32,000 nt of DNA, from assembly GCF_000091665.1 (NCBI RefSeq), contig NC_000909.1, forward strand, positions 291,996 to 323,995. The letters run 5' to 3'. Shown piece after piece: positions 10,247-19,300 of this stretch. Made by a program: the position numbers and the translations under genes. This DNA is from Methanocaldococcus jannaschii DSM 2661 (GTDB lineage Archaea > AGJL01 > Methanococci > Methanococcales > Methanocaldococcaceae). Each line of letters starts with the position of its first letter. Position 1 is the stretch's first letter. The notes under the pieces are model-generated. The model had not been told where the DNA came from and did no database searches. It saw nothing but the letters and a program-made list of their open reading frames with translations.

Positions 10247-11557
10247 GTGATTATGAAATTTGTTGAAAAATACTTTGAATTTGAGAAGTATGGGACTAAT
10301 CTAAAGGTAGAAACCCTTGCAGGAATAACTACATTTATGACCATGGCATATATAATATTTGTCAATCCACAGATTTTGAGTACTGCAGGTATGGATTTTG
10401 GAGCAGTTATGGTTGCTACTTGTATTGCTTCAGCAATTGCAACTTTAGTTATGGGATTATATGCAAGATATCCATTTGCCTTAGCTCCAGGAATGGGATT
10501 AAACGCTTATTTTACCTATGGGGTTTGCTTAGGAATGGGAATTGATTGGAGAGTTGCCTTAGGTGCTGTTTTCATCTCTGGAGTGCTCTTTATAATATTA
10601 ACATTAACAAAGATAAGAACATGGATTTTTAATGTTATTCCAAATGCTATAAAGTATGGAACTGCTGTTGGTATTGGTTTATTTATTGCGTTTATTGGGT
10701 TAAAAAGTGCTGGTATCATAGTTAGTAGTAAAGCTACATTAGTTACATTAGGGAATTTAATGGAGCCATCTACACTGTTGGCGTTGTTTGGGATATTTTT
10801 GACATCAATCTTAGTTAGTAGGAATGTTATTGGAGCTATATTAATTGGAATTATAGTAACTTCGCTAATAGGAATGATTTTAGGAATTTCACCATTCCCA
10901 GAAGGAATATTCTCAATGCCTCCATCAATTGCACCAACATTCTTACAGCTTGATATAATGGGGGCTTTAAACTTAGGTTTATTGACAATAGTCTTGGCAT
11001 TCTTCTTTGTTGATATGTTTGACACTTTGGGAACTTTAAGTGCTTTAGCCTCTCAGGCTGGATATTTAGATAAAGATGGAAAACTGCCAAGGGTTGAAAA
11101 GGCTTTAATGGCTGATGCTACTGGAACAGTTGTTGGTTCTCTCTTGGGAACTTCAACTGTAACAACCTATATAGAATCTGCAAGTGGTATAGCACTTGGA
11201 GGAAGAACAGGTTTTGTTTCAGTAGTTGTGGCTATGTTGTTTTTATTATCTTTATTTTTCTATCCAGTAGTTAAGGCAATTCCCCCCTATGCAACAGCAG
11301 CAGCACTTGTCATTGTAGGAGCTTTAATGATGAGGTCAGTAAAATACATCGACTTTGATGACTACACAGAGGCAATTCCTGCATTTATAACTTTGCTAAC
11401 TATTCCTTTGACATTTAGTATAGCTACAGGTCTCGCCTTAGGATTTATAACATATCCAATCTTAAAGGTATTTACTGGAAGATGGAAGGAAGTACATTGG
11501 CTTGTATATGTTTTAGCCGTAATATTCGCTTTAAGATTTGTATATCTTTCGGGGTAA
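10247..11557 (+). CDS. NCS2/AzgA-family purine (adenine/hypoxanthine) permease
   Basis: TLAGITTFMTMAYIIFVNPQIL...FALAPGMGLNAYFTYGV...DMFDTLGTLSALASQAG signature motifs. Confidence 0.94.
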   Translation: MIMKFVEKYFEFEKYGTNLKVETLAGITTFMTMAYIIFVNPQILSTAGMDFGAVMVATCIASAIATLVMGLYARYPFALAPGMGLNAYFTYGVCLGMGIDWRVALGAVFISGVLFIILTLTKIRTWIFNVIPNAIKYGTAVGIGLFIAFIGLKSAGIIVSSKATLVTLGNLMEPSTLLALFGIFLTSILVSRNVIGAILIGIIVTSLIGMILGISPFPEGIFSMPPSIAPTFLQLDIMGALNLGLLTIVLAFFFVDMFDTLGTLSALASQAGYLDKDGKLPRVEKALMADATGTVVGSLLGTSTVTTYIESASGIALGGRTGFVSVVVAMLFLLSLFFYPVVKAIPPYATAAALVIVGALMMRSVKYIDFDDYTEAIPAFITLLTIPLTFSIATGLALGFITYPILKVFTGRWKEVHWLVYVLAVIFALRFVYLSG

Positions 11558-11626
11558 AGTATTTAAATAACCTTAAATTATCTTATATCTCCTATTTTCC
11601 AAATCATATTTTGTGAGTTGATAAAT

Positions 11627-11932
11627 ATGAAAGTAGCCATTTCAATGGATGTTGATAAAATTAGTAATAGTTTTGAAGATTGTAAGTATTTCTTAATTGT
11701 TAGAATAGATGATAACGAAGTTAAGAGTACAAAAGTTATATTCAATGATGAAAGTGGAAAAAAGTCTATTGTAAAAGAAAACGTTAATGCAATTATATGT
11801 AAAAACATAAGTGAAGAGAATTACAAAAAATTTAGCAAAAAAATAGAAATTTATCATGCTGAAGGAGATGATGTTGATAAAAACATCTCTTTATTTATTG
11901 AGGGGGAATTAAGTAAAATAAGTAATCCATAA
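11627..11932 (+). CDS. NifX/NifB-type dinitrogenase Fe-Mo cofactor biosynthesis domain protein
   Basis: MKVAISMDVDKISNSFEDCKYFLIVRIDD... resembles the MKIAIPVD...F..a.yFlivdi pattern. The listed ORF starts at TTG 11618; ATG 11627 is more likely. Confidence 0.65.
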   Translation: MKVAISMDVDKISNSFEDCKYFLIVRIDDNEVKSTKVIFNDESGKKSIVKENVNAIICKNISEENYKKFSKKIEIYHAEGDDVDKNISLFIEGELSKISNP

Positions 11933-11949
11933 TTTTTTAAGAGACACCG

Positions 11950-11963
11950 TAAAATTTATATAC
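11950..11963 (+). promoter_or_regulatory. Archaeal BRE/TATA promoter (box A) for tRNA-Ser
   Basis: CGTAAAATTTATATAC, TTTATATA centred ~38 nt upstream of the tRNA 5' end at 11997. Confidence 0.7.
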
Positions 11964-11996
11964 TAAATCATTATATTTTTCATATGCCTATTTTGA

Positions 11997-12086
11997 GCAG
12001 GGGTAGCCAAGCCAGGACTACGGCGCTGGACTTGAGATCCAGTGGGGCTTTGCCCCGCCTGGGTTCAAATCCCAGCCCCTGCGCCA
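11997..12086 (+). tRNA. tRNA-Ser (anticodon UGA), CCA encoded
   Basis: GCAGGGG acceptor pairs with CCCCTGC; anticodon arm CTGGA-CTTGAGA-TCCAG (anticodon TGA); long variable arm GGGGCTTTGCCCC; T arm CTGGGTTCAAATCCCAG; terminal G + CCA. Confidence 0.97.
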
Positions 12087-12119
12087 ATGATTTAACAGCC
12101 TAACAGAGCTTTTTTGATA

Positions 12120-12210
12120 TAGTCCAGTATTAAACTAATGTTATTTTAAACTTATACTCTAACAAAATTTTAGAGGACTATGATTTTTTAAGTTGTGCAT
12201 AACTGGACTA
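12120..12210. repeat. 9-bp inverted repeat TAGTCCAGT / ACTGGACTA flanking ~73 bp
   Basis: TAGTCCAGT at 12120-12128 and ACTGGACTA at 12202-12210, between tRNA-Ser and terS. Confidence 0.6.
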
Positions 12211-12316
12211 AAATTTGATACGGTAAGATATTGATGAATTTGAAGATAAAAATATAATTGCTTATAAAAAATATGAAAGTGAAACCCCCCGCAACCCTCC
12301 GAAACCATTGTCAATT

Positions 12317-12757
12317 TTAAAGGTCAATGTCATCAGCCCCCTCTTTATCTTCAGTAAGTTGCAATAGCTCCTTCATCTCTCTTATGGCCATAACTAAATT
12401 CCTACCAGCAACTTCTTTTTCCCTCGCTGTTGCCTTTGGATTTTCCAAATCTTTTTTTGCGGTTTTAATCATTGTAAATAAACCTTCCAAAGCCAATCCA
12501 AAATTATTCGCAATCTCCTTATACATTTTTGAGTAAATTTCGGTAGTTTCTTCTTCTATTGCTTCAAGTAGCTGAGGCTTTACATGGTTTTGCATGTGCC
12601 TTAAAATCGCACTGTATGAGATGTCTTCGTTATACTTTTCTTTTAAATATTTTGATATTTTTTTAGCTCCCCAGCCCTGGAAATATAATGCTTCTATCTC
12701 AGCCCTGTGTGGAGAGTTGCAGACTTTACATAATTTATTATTTGTATTATTTGGCAT
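12317..12757 (-). CDS. Terminase small subunit-like DNA-binding protein (Cys-pair + HTH)
   Basis: [49 protein letters not shown]; adjacent to the portal gene. Confidence 0.75.
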
Positions 12758-12758
12758 T

Positions 12759-14609
12759 TTAATCCCTCACAGGTGTTATTGTGCATCTACAACCGTATCC
12801 TAATGGTGGCACTAATTCAGGTCTTTCAGCAGGTACAAAGATGAGCCCATGCAGTTTTCTATGGCTTGGTCTAACTCTTTCATCTTTCATTGTGACATAT
12901 ATTACCTTGTCATTCCAGAACCTTCTCGCTCTTGTCAGATTATAGGTTTTGTTCATCTCCTCACGAGCCCTCATCTGCAATCTTGAACCCTTAACATCTT
13001 TTGCAACTTTTTTAAGATTCTTTGCAATTTCTTCTTCACCAAGTCCTTTTTGAATTCCCTCTGTAAGAACATCAAGGAACTGTTGGCTATATGATGAATA
13101 TATGTTGTAGAATGCCTGTTCCCAATGTTGTTTTAGTATATCAATAGTTTGCTGGTCTAAGTCATCATATATCTTCAATGAATTGAGTGTAGGGGCTACG
13201 TAGTCAAGGAAGAACATATCCACTTCTTCTCGAGTGAATTCCCTTAATAATTCATCCCAATCTTGCATAAGTTCGTTATATCCAAGCCTTTCATACGTTT
13301 CAAGTATCCAATTTACAAAATTTTCCATTGATTTTTTGCCGAACTTATCTCCCACTTTTTCTAATTTGCTGATTATTTTTTCCAAACTTTTACGCTTTTT
13401 TTCTAATAATTTTTGTTTTTCTTCATCTGCGTATTCTAAACCTCCTTTACCCTCTTTTGCCATTTTCAATAGCTTCTCAACTTCTTTTTCAGTTAAATCA
13501 GGATATGCCGCAAGTATTTCTCCAAATTCATTGCTTGGGAAGATTCTTTCAATCAATGCACTGAAGTCATATTTGGCTACCTGTTCTTGTGCCTTTAATT
13601 CTGCAACCATTTTTGCTTTTTGCAACATATTAATTTCCCAGTCAGGGTCTGGATTCGCAAATTTAACCCAGATGCCTTTGTATCCCATTTTTTCTAACTG
13701 GTCTGCAATCCATCTTTCAATTTCCTGCTGATACCCTTGAACAATTCTTAATATGTTCCTATCTACAGTCCTTGATGTTGTGAGCTCCTGCCCAGATGCT
13801 TTTACAATACTAATTGAAGTCCCCAATCCCATGAATATGGCACTGTCATAGTAATACAGCATTGTTTCTATCAAATCAGTTGGGATGTCTTTTCCTATGC
13901 TTATTGTTTCAAATTTTACTTCATCAGGAGTTGCAGGAATATATACTCTGGTTCTATTTTGGTGATTTGATAGTGCCTTTTTTATTATCTCTCCTGCTTT
14001 AGTGTTTTGAGTAATCCCTATAATTGTTGGGATTAGGGTTTTCTGAACCATGAGTGGCAATACTTTTAAAGCAAGTGTGTTTTTTTGGTCTGCAATCTCT
14101 TGGATTGTTTCATGTATTGGTATTGGATTGTAATATACTCCCAAATACTTTTCATCATAAAATTCAACATCCGCAGGAAAGTGTTGTCTTAGCTCCATTG
14201 GTGCAATTACAACCCTAACATCCTCTTCTGTATCAACTTCCCACCATCTTTCGGCATTATTCCTTTTAATTGTGTATGTGATGCAATACTCATATCTTCC
14301 TTTTTGTGGATTCCAATGTTTCCTTTCCTTAAAGTTCATTGAATTCGGATTGATGTAATGCAATTTGTAGAGGTAGCATTTTCCTTTCAGTAAAAAATCA
14401 GAAAATGCTAATTGTAAGTCCCTTATGTGTCTATCAATCAGTCCTGAAATCTCATCAATTACATCTTTGGATAGTTGCTTCCCATCAATTGATACTATTG
14501 AGTATGGTGTAAAGATTTGAGTGAATAAGATTCTCAATGCCATATTTACAGCAGTATCTTTTGCTAAGTCAATACTAACAGTCTCCATTTGAATTTTATC
14601 ATCTTCCAT
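12759..14609 (-). CDS. Portal protein fused to C-terminal MuF-like minor head domain
   Basis: 616 aa; portal-like N-terminal two thirds ([50 protein letters not shown]) and C-terminal MuF signature [29 protein letters not shown]...[14 protein letters not shown]. Confidence 0.88.
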
Positions 14610-14618
14610 AGTATCACC

Positions 14619-16268
14619 TTAAAAGAAACTTCCAAACTCAAATTCCTCAAATTCTTCTTCATCGTCAAACACTTGGCGGTATGAGTAATCCTCTTCATCA
14701 ATTGCATTCACATTGTGGGTAATGCAATTATAGGCACTTGAGACAACAGCATCTGCTAAGTCAGGACTACCTTCACCGAAATAGATTACTTTATCCCCAT
14801 CTATTTGGTGTTGGAGGATTTGAGTTCTTAGTTTTTGCCAAATATCTTCATTGCATCGAATTTCGATTTTTGCTTTTTTCCGTTTTACACCAGTTGCATC
14901 ATAGTATTCTTTTGTCCCTTCTACGAGTTCTTGGAATGTTGTCCATAGTTTGACGTGTTTAGATAGCCTTTCACCTTTGAATTTTTGTATAAAATATTCA
15001 CTTTGGAATCTGTCAAATGTGAATTTAACTGAAAAATGGTTTTGTAAATGATTGTAAAACTTCTCTAAACTTAAATAATCAATCTTATGTCCAAGCGTTG
15101 GAGTAAGAACAATAATGTCTGAAATTATAACCTTCCCTTTATCGAAATAACTTATCGCAATTACGCCCTTATCTCTGTTAATCGCAAGGTCAGTATGGCA
15201 GTAAATGGTTTTATCTGTGCTTTGAAGTTGTTTAAACTCCAATCTTATCAAATTGTTTTCATAAATTGCCCTCCATGTGAATAATCCCATTTCCACTTTA
15301 TGCCTTGCTTCCAGAGCTTCTAAACTGATGAAATAAGCGTTCAATTCAGGAGGTTCGCATTCATACATACATCTTGCAAGGATTGGGTTCTTTTGGTATT
15401 GTGCTTTAAAGTCTTCTTTTGAAACCCTTGTATTCACTTCCCATGTTTTCCCTTTGAATGTATATGCCTCATCGACTGCCTTATAATCAAGATATAATCT
15501 ATATCCTACGTCATCTCTCGGATTTGGAGTTGGAAATCTTGTCCATGTGATTGCTACGACTCTTGCTTTATCTTTGAATCTTGACTTTGCAGAACTTAAC
15601 CCTTGTTCAAATAATTGCTCTGCATTTTTAAAATCTGGGTCGCTTATCTCATCAGCTACAACGCATAGGGCATTCATCCCTTCAAATGATGTTGCTCTTG
15701 AGTGACCTGAGTGCATTGTTATTTTATCTCCTATCTCTGCTTTTGTTTCCAATACACATATAGGGGCTTTTTGTCTTTTTTTCTTATCTATCCCTATCAT
15801 TTGCCATACTTTGCATTTAAGAAACCATGCTTTAAACTCTTTGAAAAAAACATTCTTTGCTAAATGGTCATTGGGGGCAACATTAACAAAATCAATTCTT
15901 GTGAATTTTTCATAATAATCTTCTACACAAGCTCGGAACATCATATAATTGAACAATAATGAAACCATGAAGTCCTTACCGCCACCTTTTCCAATAATCA
16001 ATATATTAATGGGATGTTCAACCATATTGAGTAATATTTCTTTCTGTTTTTCGGTTATTGTGTGCAAATCCATTGTTATTTCACAGAATTCTATAATATT
16101 TAATGATTTTAATTTGTCAATTAACTCATAGAATAGCGGAGGGAAGTTATGTTTATTCAGTTTTTGAGGTATGGGAATATCTAACTTTTTGCAGAGTTCT
16201 AAAAATATTTTTTTATTGAAAGTTTTCTTTTTGAGAGATTCTCTCACTAATTCGACGATATACATCAT
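14619..16268 (-). CDS. Terminase large subunit
   Basis: 549 aa; Walker A-like LIIGKGGGKDFMVSLL, Walker B LCVVADEISD, nuclease-like TIYCHTDLAINRDKGVIAISYFDK and DLADAVVSSAYN. Confidence 0.88.
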   Translation of the reverse strand: MMYIVELVRESLKKKTFNKKIFLELCKKLDIPIPQKLNKHNFPPLFYELIDKLKSLNIIEFCEITMDLHTITEKQKEILLNMVEHPINILIIGKGGGKDFMVSLLFNYMMFRACVEDYYEKFTRIDFVNVAPNDHLAKNVFFKEFKAWFLKCKVWQMIGIDKKKRQKAPICVLETKAEIGDKITMHSGHSRATSFEGMNALCVVADEISDPDFKNAEQLFEQGLSSAKSRFKDKARVVAITWTRFPTPNPRDDVGYRLYLDYKAVDEAYTFKGKTWEVNTRVSKEDFKAQYQKNPILARCMYECEPPELNAYFISLEALEARHKVEMGLFTWRAIYENNLIRLEFKQLQSTDKTIYCHTDLAINRDKGVIAISYFDKGKVIISDIIVLTPTLGHKIDYLSLEKFYNHLQNHFSVKFTFDRFQSEYFIQKFKGERLSKHVKLWTTFQELVEGTKEYYDATGVKRKKAKIEIRCNEDIWQKLRTQILQHQIDGDKVIYFGEGSPDLADAVVSSAYNCITHNVNAIDEEDYSYRQVFDDEEEFEEFEFGSFF

Positions 16269-16672
16269 CTCATCCTTTTAATGACTTTTTCCACGATTTT
16301 CGGTAAATCTTTTTGGACTTTTTTCAATGCGGGCTGTATAAATGGTCTTGCTGGAATGTTCTTTTTCTTACTCCCAAATTCATGAACTCCAGCATACACC
16401 ATGTTATTGAAAACTTTCACTTGCAAACCTTTTGAAGTGATTTTCACCTTACTATCTGTTGCTTTTAATAATGCTCCATGATAAATTAATCCTTTGGTGT
16501 TCCTACCTTCCTTTTCTTTCCTTTTTTGATAATCTTTGCTTAATGGTTTCCATTTCAATTCTTTCTTCTGAAAACCCCTTTGTATATTGTCATCAACTTC
16601 AGCAACCAACTCTTTCTCAATCTCATGAGCCAACTCTTTTTTAAATTCCCGCACCCATTGTTTGTAGTCCAT
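16265..16672 (-). CDS. Mu gpG-like virion morphogenesis / tail completion protein
   Basis: LSKDYQKRKEKEGRNTKGLIYHGALLKA...VFNNMVYAGVHEFGSKKKNIPARPFIQPAL, typical phage virion morphogenesis family pattern. Confidence 0.8.
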   Translation of the reverse strand: MDYKQWVREFKKELAHEIEKELVAEVDDNIQRGFQKKELKWKPLSKDYQKRKEKEGRNTKGLIYHGALLKATDSKVKITSKGLQVKVFNNMVYAGVHEFGSKKKNIPARPFIQPALKKVQKDLPKIVEKVIKRMR

Positions 16673-16676
16673 AAAA

Positions 16677-16997
16677 TCACTTCAATTTAAGTGGTTTTCC
16701 AGTTAGGATTAAAACTGCAACGTAAGCCCCCAATATTTGATGCCCATACGCCTCTGCAATATCCTCTTTTGTATATCCTTCACAAGCCAATTCTATGACT
16801 TTTAGATAGTTTAAAGTTCCATTTTCAAGCCCGTGTTTAATTGCCTTGTCTATTGCTGCAATAACTTCTTCTTTAATATCGTCTGGAACTCCAAAAGCAG
16901 AATTTATAACTCTCAGAATCCTATCATTTGCATCAGAGTTGCTTAAATTATGTGTGCGTTGGTTTTCTTTCTCATCTAATTTTTTCCATAAAGACAT
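16677..16997 (-). CDS. Hypothetical viral protein
   Basis: ORF listed to 17009; MSLWKKLDEKE start preceded by GGGGGTTAGC. Tightly packed in the leftward operon. Confidence 0.6.
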   Translation of the reverse strand: MSLWKKLDEKENQRTHNLSNSDANDRILRVINSAFGVPDDIKEEVIAAIDKAIKHGLENGTLNYLKVIELACEGYTKEDIAEAYGHQILGAYVAVLILTGKPLKLK

Positions 16998-17023
16998 GCT
17001 AACCCCCAATAAGTTTTATGAAT

Positions 17024-17404
17024 TCAATTAGAATCATCAACAATTGTGATAATGCAGGAGGCAGAATCTTTGAAGCTATTACTACTCCTGCCAGAGATTC
17101 TATTGCCCTCATCAGGATGTAACGTTTTAGCTTTTTCTTTAAGTCTAATGATTGAGTTGTCTGTAGTTTCATCACTGCCCACTTTAATTTCCCTAACTCT
17201 TTGATGAGGAGGTTTGAAATAGTTAATAACATACGGCACAGCTTTTTTGCTAAGGACAGGTATATAGAGGAGAAAAAACAATAATGAGAAAATTCCAAAA
17301 ACAGCTAAAGTCAATGCCATTGATTGGTATAGTTTTTTTAGATAGAAAACTAATTCCAAAACACAAAACAATACTACAAATCCGATAACTGTTTGTTTGT
17401 CCAT
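17024..17404 (-). CDS. Hypothetical membrane protein (two TM helices)
   Basis: MDKQTVIGFVVLFCVLELVFYLKKLYQSMALTLAVFGIFSLLFFLLYIPVLSKK...; GGTGAAAAT ribosome-binding site just before the ATG at 17404. Confidence 0.65.
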   Translation of the reverse strand: MDKQTVIGFVVLFCVLELVFYLKKLYQSMALTLAVFGIFSLLFFLLYIPVLSKKAVPYVINYFKPPHQRVREIKVGSDETTDNSIIRLKEKAKTLHPDEGNRISGRSSNSFKDSASCIITIVDDSN

Positions 17405-17408
17405 ATTT

Positions 17409-17672
17409 TCACCATTCATCAATTATTACCAATCGTTTTCCCGAAGCCTTTAGCAATTTTAAAACTGTTGAGATTCTTGGGTCCTGCAACTCATTATTTT
17501 TGATTTTGTGAAGTGTGCCTTTTCCAAGACCTGTTTCTTTAGAATACCTGTATATTGAACCTTCATTAACAATTTTGCTAAGCTCTTGCATCAATTGTTC
17601 AACGTTCTTTATTTCTTTCCCTTGAACGCCAATGATAAAAATTGCCTGTTTTGAATCGGAGTCTGTCATCAT
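17409..17672 (-). CDS. XRE/Cro-type helix-turn-helix regulator
   Basis: IVNEGSIYRYSKETGLGKGTLHKIKNNELQDPRISTVLKLLKASGKRLVII. The listed ORF starts at 17699, but the minus-strand TATA (17703-17712) lies too close; MMTDSD at 17672/17669 preceded by GGGGATAAC is more plausible. Confidence 0.75.
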   Translation of the reverse strand: MMTDSDSKQAIFIIGVQGKEIKNVEQLMQELSKIVNEGSIYRYSKETGLGKGTLHKIKNNELQDPRISTVLKLLKASGKRLVIIDEW

Positions 17673-17702
17673 GTTATCCCCGTATTTCTCTTTGTTCAAA
17701 CT

Positions 17703-17746
17703 TATATTTATACTTTATTTCACTTAAATGAAACAATATTTAAATA
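17703..17746. promoter_or_regulatory. Divergent promoter with central palindromic operator candidate
   Basis: Minus-strand TATA (TATAAATATA, complement of 17703-17712), plus-strand TATA (TTTAAATA, 17739-17746), palindrome TTTCACTTAAATGAAA at 17718-17733 between them. Confidence 0.65.
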
Positions 17747-17817
17747 ATAGAAATGATAAAAATCTTTTTGGGGCTACCCCACTCTGCTATTTTGTTCAAA
17801 ATTGTTAGGTGAGCAAA

Positions 17818-18117
17818 ATGGGGTTATTCAAAAAAGAGAAAGACAATGGTGTAATTGATGACTTAGTTCCTAAAAAAAGTGATTATGTTGAGAAGATTGC
17901 TCAAGAAGCTATAAGAAAAGACAAAGTTGATGCATTAGTTAGAAAACATGAGATGGAGCAGTTCTATCACGAAGTTTCTCAAAATGAGAAAATTGCAGAA
18001 TTAAAAGCAGAATTAGCTAAGAAAGAAAAAGAAATCGAAGAACTTAAAGAGGAGATTAGGGGCTTAAAAGGGAAAGCAGGAGGTCTTGGAATCGGAGGTA
18101 GCCAAGTTACAAGGTAA
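17818..18117 (+). CDS. Coiled-coil protein, first gene of the rightward virion operon
   Basis: MGLFKKEKDNGVIDDLVPKKSDYVEKIAQEA...KIAELKAELAKKEKEIEELKEEIRGLKGKAGGLGIGG; GGTGA ribosome-binding site before ATG 17818 (listed start is GTG 17809). Confidence 0.65.
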   Translation: MGLFKKEKDNGVIDDLVPKKSDYVEKIAQEAIRKDKVDALVRKHEMEQFYHEVSQNEKIAELKAELAKKEKEIEELKEEIRGLKGKAGGLGIGGSQVTR

Positions 18118-18180
18118 GGTTGAAGTTCTGGAAAAAATAATCTTAAAAAAACTCTAATTTTTTCTTTTTGAGGGAGAGAT

Positions 18181-18924
18181 ATGCAGTCAATATTCCTTCC
18201 AGTTTTAAATCCAACAACGATTGATGGGCAAGAAATAACTGAAGAGTGGATTAAAAAATACGGTCCTACGTTGAGGGGTAAGCCCGTCAATATTGACCAT
18301 AATTATTATTCTAATGGAAATCTCGCAGTTGGGGACGTGGTTGATGTTTATTTTAATCCCGAGGGCAACCTCTATGCCCATATAAGAATCTTCGATGAGA
18401 TTTATTGGCGTTTGGTAGATAATGGAATAAAAATCAAGGGAGTTTCTTTTGAATTTAACGATGATGGTGTTGGCGAAGAAGGTATTATGAAGGGCTTAGC
18501 TCTCTGCTTAGAGTCGGACCCGAAAGTAGATTTTGCGAGGTTGGTTGAAGGGAATTATGTTCTCGAAGTTTTGGCATCAATTAAGAGGGATAGTATGGAC
18601 ACTAAGACACAGGAAAAAACTGAACCTAAAAAAATTAAAGACATGACAGAAGAAGAATTTGAGAAGTTCTTACATGAGAAAATTGAGCAAATATTGGCTT
18701 CCCATAAAAAAGAAAATGAAGACAAGGATAAAAGCGACAATGAAGATGATAAGGTTGTTGAAATACTCGCTTCTAAAATGGATGAATTGGTTGCAGTGAA
18801 TAAGTCAGTATTAAAACAGCTTGAAGAAATTAGGAAAGCCCAAAAGGAAATTCTCGCATCCGCACCAGTGCCTCCTTCTGGTTCTGGAAATTCGGGTCAT
18901 AGAAGAGCGAATCTGGGATTATAA
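18181..18924 (+). CDS. Prohead maturation protease with C-terminal coiled-coil (scaffold-like) extension
   Basis: TEEWIKKYGPTLRGKPVNIDHNYYSNGNLAVGDVVDVYF...YWRLVDNGIKIKGVSFEFND (candidate catalytic His in NIDH and Ser in GVSFEF), then an acidic/coiled-coil tail; directly upstream of decoration protein and MCP. Confidence 0.78.
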   Translation: MQSIFLPVLNPTTIDGQEITEEWIKKYGPTLRGKPVNIDHNYYSNGNLAVGDVVDVYFNPEGNLYAHIRIFDEIYWRLVDNGIKIKGVSFEFNDDGVGEEGIMKGLALCLESDPKVDFARLVEGNYVLEVLASIKRDSMDTKTQEKTEPKKIKDMTEEEFEKFLHEKIEQILASHKKENEDKDKSDNEDDKVVEILASKMDELVAVNKSVLKQLEEIRKAQKEILASAPVPPSGSGNSGHRRANLGL

Positions 18925-18933
18925 GGTGAGAAT

Positions 18934-19293
18934 ATGACTACTGAAAACATCATCTCTGGCATAGCAATTGCAGACCTCGCACCATACAGATTTGGAAAAA
19001 TAACTTCAACTGGAATTGGATTTGGAACTTCAACAGTGAGTGATGATAGCATATCAATAGATGCGGATGGAGTCATTATTAACAGCAGGGCGATTTACAC
19101 AGCTGGAATGTATGTTGATTTAAAAGTTAATGGTGTTCAGAAAGTTGAAATTAAGGAAGGAGAATCAATAGCCCCAGGGGATTATGTTATTCCAAGCACT
19201 GATGGCAGTGGCAAGGCAGTTAAAAGCCCGATTAAGGCAGGGTTCAAAGTGGCATCTGTTGAGGGGAATTACTGCACTATTATTTTGAGATAG
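18934..19293 (+). CDS. Capsid decoration/head-stabilising protein (DUF2190-like)
   Basis: 119 aa; ...[44 protein letters not shown]; sits between protease and MCP. Confidence 0.6.
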
Positions 19294-19300
19294 AGGTGAG

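Noticed and set aside
10516-11090. ORFs overlapping the purine permease (169 aa minus, 79 aa plus)
   Set aside because: Low-complexity shadow ORFs of a TM transporter gene.
13234-13731. 165-aa plus-strand ORF antisense to the portal gene
   Set aside because: Ser/Leu/Phe-rich reverse-complement artefact of Lys/Glu-rich coding sequence.
16999-17298. 99-aa minus ORF overlapping the 17024-17404 membrane protein
   Set aside because: The competing frame has a clear GGTGA RBS, TM segments and continuous packing; this one lacks a good start signal.
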